Of a DNA stretch of 64,000 nt, positions 59,157-64,000 are shown in pieces. Source of the DNA: an uncultured delta proteobacterium (lineage in GTDB: Bacteria > Myxococcota_A > Polyangia > Polyangiales > Polyangiaceae). The stretch lies in NCBI GenBank assembly GCA_963841435.1, contig CAWJCS010000003.1, forward strand, positions 544,001-608,000, in the 5' to 3' direction. Under the pieces are notes generated by a model. It saw only the letters and a program-made list of their open reading frames with translations, did no database searches and was not told the origin of the DNA. Within the stretch, counting starts at the first letter, position 1, and every line of letters begins with the position of its first letter. Position numbers and translations under genes: made by a program.

Positions 59157-60794
59157 CTACGGGTTCTCTGCAAGGCGCAGCGTCGCGCCGTACCCAACGT
59201 TGTAGTTCGCTCCGTTGCCGCTCGTCACCTCGAGCACCGCGCCTTGGCCGACGGCGGCGTAGTGACCGGAGTCGTCGGCGCCCTGCTGGTTCGGAGCCCA
59301 ATTATTGCCGACGGCCGAGATGAACGTGGCGTCCGACGTGAGCACGGCGACCCCCGTGGTCGTGGCGCCGAACGTGTTGTTCCCGGGGTCGGCGAGCGTG
59401 CCAAGGTCGAACGTCGAGCCGTCGGCCGCGGCAAGGCGCAAGCTCTCGGTCGCATTTTCGAACGTCGTGCCGCGCACCGTGAGCACGACGAGGTTCGCGC
59501 CGCCCCCGCCGCCAAAGAACCGCGCGCCGAAGGTGTTCGTGTCGTGGAAATTCGAGTCGATGATGTTGATGACCCCGCCATCGCCACTCGAAAACTCGAG
59601 CCCGTCGAACGACATGTCGTAGATCTCGGTGCCGACGATATCGATCTGCGCGGGCGGTGAGCCGTTGATGCCGGTACTGCAACCGTGCAAGAAGGAATCG
59701 CTGATCGAAATCACCCCCGCGGCGTTGGCGTTCGACTGGATGCAAGCGTAGGCGATGGTCGCCGAGGGATCGATCGAGAGGTCGCTGTCGATGATCGAAA
59801 GCGACGGCGCGCCGTTGATCGTGGCAACGCTGTCGCCGAGCGTGACGACGGTGCAGCCGACCAGGCTGGCGACCGACGCATCGTTGAGCAGCAAGAGCGG
59901 ACGGTTGCCGTCCGCCGCCGTGAGATCCGATAGCGCCAGCGCGGCTTGATCGTCCACCGTGAAGGCGGTGGTCCCGACGGGCGAGGTGAAGTGCATGACG
60001 CCACCGCTCACGTTCAACGCCCCGTCGGCGTAGGCGTGACCGAGACTCGGGCAGGTACCCCAATCGTTCGACGTATCGGTCGAGAGCTCCACCTTCGCCT
60101 GCCCGCCGACCTCGAGCGCGCTCGCGCCCGCGTTCGCGCAATTGTCGAACGAGCTGTCGCTGACTCGGACCGTGCCGCTCTTGCCTTCCGCGAGGACGAC
60201 CGTCGCGTAGCCGTCGAAGCGGAGCCCACCGATGTTGGAGCTACCCTTGGCCTCGAGCAGCGTTTCCCCGCTGCCGGAAAGCTTCGCCTGACCCGCATGC
60301 TCGGCGACGAGGTCGACGCCGTCCGCAAGGGAAACGGGGCCGGCCTCCGCGTAGTTGCCGTCGAGCAGCACGATCGTGTCGCCGCTCGTGGCAACGCTCG
60401 CGGCTTTGGCGAGACTCGCGTAGGGATCGTCGCGCGTCGACTTGCCCTGGTCGCTGCCGTTCGTGCCGACGTAAACGCCGTGGAACGGTGCGCCACCGCC
60501 GGCCTCGCCACCTTGGCCAGCTTCGCCAGCAGCGACTCCCGTGCCGCCCGTGGTGCCGCCCGAGCCGCCTCGCCCGCCCGTGACGCCGCTCCCCGCCTCA
60601 CCCCCCGCCGCGGACTCACCCATCCCTCCTTCTCCCGCCATCGTGCCCCGGGTGCCGCCGCCTTTCCCAGCGGCTCCTCCCGTGGTGCCGCCCAAGCCGC
60701 CCGCCGCCGGCGTCTTCGCCCCCTCGTCGTCCCCGCAACCTAGCGCGACACCGACCGCAACCAGAGACACCCAAAAGCAAGACACAAGCCGCAT
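59157..60794 (-). CDS. Lipoprotein with right-handed beta-helix (DUF1565-like)
   Basis: LGC lipobox, Gly linker, YV...GSD...T.DDPY.SL..A, GDTIVLLDG.Y, DLGT..PGNNTF, SAVGNNW. Confidence 0.7.
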   Translation of the reverse strand: MRLVSCFWVSLVAVGVALGCGDDEGAKTPAAGGLGGTTGGAAGKGGGTRGTMAGEGGMGESAAGGEAGSGVTGGRGGSGGTTGGTGVAAGEAGQGGEAGGGAPFHGVYVGTNGSDQGKSTRDDPYASLAKAASVATSGDTIVLLDGNYAEAGPVSLADGVDLVAEHAGQAKLSGSGETLLEAKGSSNIGGLRFDGYATVVLAEGKSGTVRVSDSSFDNCANAGASALEVGGQAKVELSTDTSNDWGTCPSLGHAYADGALNVSGGVMHFTSPVGTTAFTVDDQAALALSDLTAADGNRPLLLLNDASVASLVGCTVVTLGDSVATINGAPSLSIIDSDLSIDPSATIAYACIQSNANAAGVISISDSFLHGCSTGINGSPPAQIDIVGTEIYDMSFDGLEFSSGDGGVINIIDSNFHDTNTFGARFFGGGGGANLVVLTVRGTTFENATESLRLAAADGSTFDLGTLADPGNNTFGATTTGVAVLTSDATFISAVGNNWAPNQQGADDSGHYAAVGQGAVLEVTSGNGANYNVGYGATLRLAENP

Positions 60795-60890
60795 CGCGCA
60801 TCGGTAGTTCGGGGGTGACCGCCCGGCAATCCCCGTCGTCTCGAGCGCGTGCTCGCCGGGGCGGGCTGCCCCGAAACGCCCCACGGCGCG

Positions 60891-61499
60891 TCAGCCCAGG
60901 CTGGCCTCGCGTTCGACGGCGCGCCTGAGCTCCTTATACGCGCGGTGGGCGCGCACCTTCACGGTGCTGAGACGTTGGTCGAGCGCGCGCGCCACCTCGG
61001 GGAATGGACGCTCCTCGAGCCAGTGCATCTCGACGACGCGGCGTTGCGCAGGCTTCAGGGACGCGAGGGCCTGCCGTGCGAGGGCGACCTGCGCGGCGCG
61101 GTCCAGCTCCTCGTCTTCGGGGGCGGCGGCCAGCTCGACGGGATCCACGTCGGCGTTCGGACGGCGCTGCTGAGCACGACAGTGGTCCACGCACAGGTTC
61201 ACGACGATGCGCGTGATCCAGGGGCGGAACATGCTGCCAAGCTCGAAGCGATCGCGGGCAACGTGTGCGTTCAGAAACGCCTGCTGCACGAGGTCAGCGG
61301 CAACGTCCTCAGTGCCGACCCGTCGCCGCGCAACGGCGACGAGGTACGGAAACAGCCGCTCATAGAGCGCGTGGAATGCGCCCTGATCGTCGTGCACGAC
61401 GTACGCGAGCGCGAGCTCGTCATCGGAAACCAGCGTGAGATCGGGACGGCCGGGCGCACGTCCAGTGCGCGCGCGCGACCAGGGGCCTGCGTGAATCAT
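60891..61499 (-). CDS. ECF RNA polymerase sigma factor
   Basis: SDDEL, DLVQQAF, FRPWITRI, STVKVRAHRAY. Confidence 0.9.
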   Translation of the reverse strand: MIHAGPWSRARTGRAPGRPDLTLVSDDELALAYVVHDDQGAFHALYERLFPYLVAVARRRVGTEDVAADLVQQAFLNAHVARDRFELGSMFRPWITRIVVNLCVDHCRAQQRRPNADVDPVELAAAPEDEELDRAAQVALARQALASLKPAQRRVVEMHWLEERPFPEVARALDQRLSTVKVRAHRAYKELRRAVEREASLG

Positions 61500-61636
61500 G
61501 GAAGATACCCTCGCGTCACCGGGGAGAGGGCCTGAGCCTTCGAATCACCGAGGCTCGGGCACCGGTTCCGGCGCTCACTTCCTCCTACGGCGGCCCCGAG
61601 ACTTGGTGTCGTCGAAAGTGAACGCGCGCGCTTTGC

Positions 61637-62329
61637 TCAGGCCCGCGTCACGCGCGAGAGCACCAACGCGCCGAGCAGCGCGCTCGCAATCACGGCGCCA
61701 CCATGGCTGAGCCCCATGTGTAGCGCTCCGGAGAGCGGGCAGCGCAGCATGCTCGTCGTCGAGACGAGCAGCCCCGCGCCGGCGCCGATGAGCGCGCTCT
61801 TGTAAACGGCCGAGGTCGCGAAGGCGTTCCTCAGCGCAAACCCCGCGACGATGAGCGGCACGATGGTGAACGCGAGGGCCATGTTGAAGCAGAACACCCC
61901 GTGCATGAGCTCGCCGAGCGGCGCACCCGGGTAGGGCGGCGAAAAGGCGTAGGCCGACACGGCGAAGGCCACGGGACCGAGCAGTGCGAGGAGAGCCAGC
62001 ACACCCACCCGGAGCCCGAGCCCGAGGCGCCCGGGACTGAGGGCGACGAAGAAACACAGTGCTCCCGCGAGCGCCGGCGCCACGGCGAATCCCAGCGTGT
62101 AGCCGAGCGGCACCTTGGGCATGTCACCCCGGATGCCGATGATCCCGAGCTGCCCGGCGAGCCAGACCGCGCTCACCAGGAGGCCCAGCCAGCGGGTTCG
62201 CCGCAATGTGCCGCGGGCCGGCCCCGCCCCGATCCCAGGGCCGGGAACGGGAGGCGGGAGCAGCTCGGCCGCCCCGAGCGGATCGGGAATCAGGTCGAAA
62301 TCAGGCAGGGCGGAGGGGGGGACGGGCAT
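61637..62329 (-). CDS. NrsF/DUF1109-like membrane anti-sigma factor
   Basis: About six TMs, FCF...LRCP...HMGLSH; downstream of ECF 62388..63023. Confidence 0.7.
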   Translation of the reverse strand: MPVPPSALPDFDLIPDPLGAAELLPPPVPGPGIGAGPARGTLRRTRWLGLLVSAVWLAGQLGIIGIRGDMPKVPLGYTLGFAVAPALAGALCFFVALSPGRLGLGLRVGVLALLALLGPVAFAVSAYAFSPPYPGAPLGELMHGVFCFNMALAFTIVPLIVAGFALRNAFATSAVYKSALIGAGAGLLVSTTSMLRCPLSGALHMGLSHGGAVIASALLGALVLSRVTRA

Positions 62330-62387
62330 GGCACCAGGCGGGTCACAGGGGACCCCGAAGGCGTTACGGCGCCCGAGCACGTTGGTG

Positions 62388-63023
62388 TCATGAAGATTTT
62401 CGGGCGAGGGGCAGGCGCTCGAGCCTCGTCATTTCCTCACGGATGGCCTCGTAGGCCTGAAACGCCCGGAGCTTCACGGCGTTTTCCGTGGCCCCGAGGA
62501 TTTCCGCCGCGTCGGCGATGCTCATTCCCTCGAACCGGATCAGCACGAACGCCTCACGGCGAGCATCCGACATCTCCGAAAGGGCCCGCTCCACGGCGCG
62601 TGCGGTTTCGCGGGCCAGTACCGTGCTCTCCGCCTCGGCGCCCACGCTCGGCTCGGCAACCACGTCCGTCTCGGCTCCCGCGAGGGGCCGTGGCGCTCGC
62701 CGGCGGGCTCGGGCGCTATCGACGAACACGTTGCGAGCGATGGTGTACGACCACGGCAAGACGGCCGACCCCGGACGAAACGCGCCGCGCCCCTGGTGCA
62801 TGCGGAGCAGGGTGTCCTGGAGCAGGTCCTGCGCAACGTCGTTGGCGCCACAGAGCCGACGTAAAAACCGTTCGAGCCTCGGACCGATCGCCGCGAACAC
62901 CTTGGCGAAGCTGGCGTCGTCGCCGTCGGCATAGCGCGACATCGCAACGTCTACTTCCCCCAACGGTTGGCCGTCGGCGCCTCCGGCCGAGAGCGAAGCG
63001 CTCGTGATCGGCACCGTGCTCAC
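62388..63023 (-). CDS. ECF RNA polymerase sigma factor
   Basis: MSRYADGD, DLLQDT, PWSYTIARN, REAFVL, AVKLRAFQAY. Confidence 0.9.
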   Translation of the reverse strand: MSTVPITSASLSAGGADGQPLGEVDVAMSRYADGDDASFAKVFAAIGPRLERFLRRLCGANDVAQDLLQDTLLRMHQGRGAFRPGSAVLPWSYTIARNVFVDSARARRRAPRPLAGAETDVVAEPSVGAEAESTVLARETARAVERALSEMSDARREAFVLIRFEGMSIADAAEILGATENAVKLRAFQAYEAIREEMTRLERLPLARKSS

Positions 63024-63075
63024 CTGAGGCGGCGTATAGGCGCGCCTCGGGCCGGCGGCAACGACCGCGCTCGTT

Positions 63076-64000
63076 TCAGCTCCGTATCGCCCCCGTCGGC
63101 GTCACGAGCACGAGACCGTGCGCACCCTGTCCGAGCGGCGGCGCGGGCGGCGGAGCCGAGGTTTCCCTCGGTTCGGCAGCGGCGGCGCCGGTCGCGTGGT
63201 CGGCGTGGTCCGCGTGGTCGTGGCTCGCGTCGGCTTCGAGCCGTTCGCGAGTGGCGTGGATTTGCGAGCTCGAGCGCTCGACGAAAAGATCGAGCGTCCA
63301 GTCGAGCACGACGCGCACCTTGTTGCCGAAGCCGACGAGCTTTCCGAGATAGAGGGTGCGCCACACCACCCACGCCAAAAAGCCGCTCAGCCGCACACCG
63401 ACCAGGCGCACCGCCGCGAACTGGTGCCCCACGCTCACGAGCTGACCGAAGTCGAAGTAGCGAAACGGCTCGGTGCCCTCGCCGCGCAGCAACCGCGCGA
63501 TGTTCCGCGCCGTCTGGGAGCCTTGCTGGAACGCCACCTGCCCGAGCGGCGGCAGCGGGCGGCCGTCCTTGCCCTTGTACGTCGCCGCGTCACCGAGCAC
63601 GAACACGTTCGGGTGCGCGGGCACCCGGCAGTCGGCGTCCACCTCGACGCGCCCCGCGCGGTCGAGGGCGAGACCCGTGCGCTCCAGCAACGGCGACGCC
63701 TTGACGCCTGCACACCAGCACGTCGTGCGTGCCTCGAGGCAGGTCCCGTCGGCGAGGCGAACCCAATCGGTCCCGATCTCGCTGACGCGCGCACCGTGCA
63801 GCACGCGCACGCCGAGTCCGCCGAGCTGCGTCTCGGCGCTCGTCGCCACGGCCGCGTGCCAACCACCGAGGACACGCTGCCCCGAGTCGACCAAGATCAC
63901 GTCGATGAGCGACGCGTCGAGCTCCGGGTAGCGCGGCAGGAGCACCTCGTTGACGAGGTCCTTGACCTCGGAGGCGACCTCGACGCCCGTCGGACCAGCG
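63076..64000 (-). CDS. Type II NADH dehydrogenase-like FAD oxidoreductase (5' part outside window)
   Basis: AGPTGVE, WCAGV, NVFVLGD, QVAFQQG, PFRYFDFG, GFLAWVVWR. Confidence 0.85.
   Translation of the reverse strand, partial: AGPTGVEVASEVKDLVNEVLLPRYPELDASLIDVILVDSGQRVLGGWHAAVATSAETQLGGLGVRVLHGARVSEIGTDWVRLADGTCLEARTTCWCAGVKASPLLERTGLALDRAGRVEVDADCRVPAHPNVFVLGDAATYKGKDGRPLPPLGQVAFQQGSQTARNIARLLRGEGTEPFRYFDFGQLVSVGHQFAAVRLVGVRLSGFLAWVVWRTLYLGKLVGFGNKVRVVLDWTLDLFVERSSSQIHATRERLEADASHDHADHADHATGAAAAEPRETSAPPPAPPLGQGAHGLVLVTPTGAIRS

Overview
Very GC-rich (roughly 70% by eye) bacterial DNA. Gene content points to a Polyangiaceae/Sorangium-like myxobacterium (inference): myxococcal Cys-rich repeats, fibro-slime proteins, DUF1592/DUF1552 pairs, several ECF sigma factors, a Hanks-type kinase and plant-polysaccharide enzymes. 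About 45 genes; I found no tRNA, rRNA, CRISPR array or transposase. Highlights: (1) a cobalamin riboswitch controlling three translationally coupled, uncharacterised lipoproteins (one BtuH-like, one beta-propeller-like) that converge on a BtuB-like TonB receptor, a candidate surface B12-capture system; (2) an ECF / FecR-TPR / outer-membrane barrel / pectate-lyase operon divergent from a pectinesterase whose nucleophile Asp reads Asn, a candidate pectin-sensing trans-envelope module; (3) two different heme-c lipoprotein + Tat-protein pairs; (4) a doubled ECF/NrsF locus. Nine +1 single-base-duplication frameshifts break eight otherwise intact genes and are most likely sequencing errors. All family calls come from motif recognition, not database searches.
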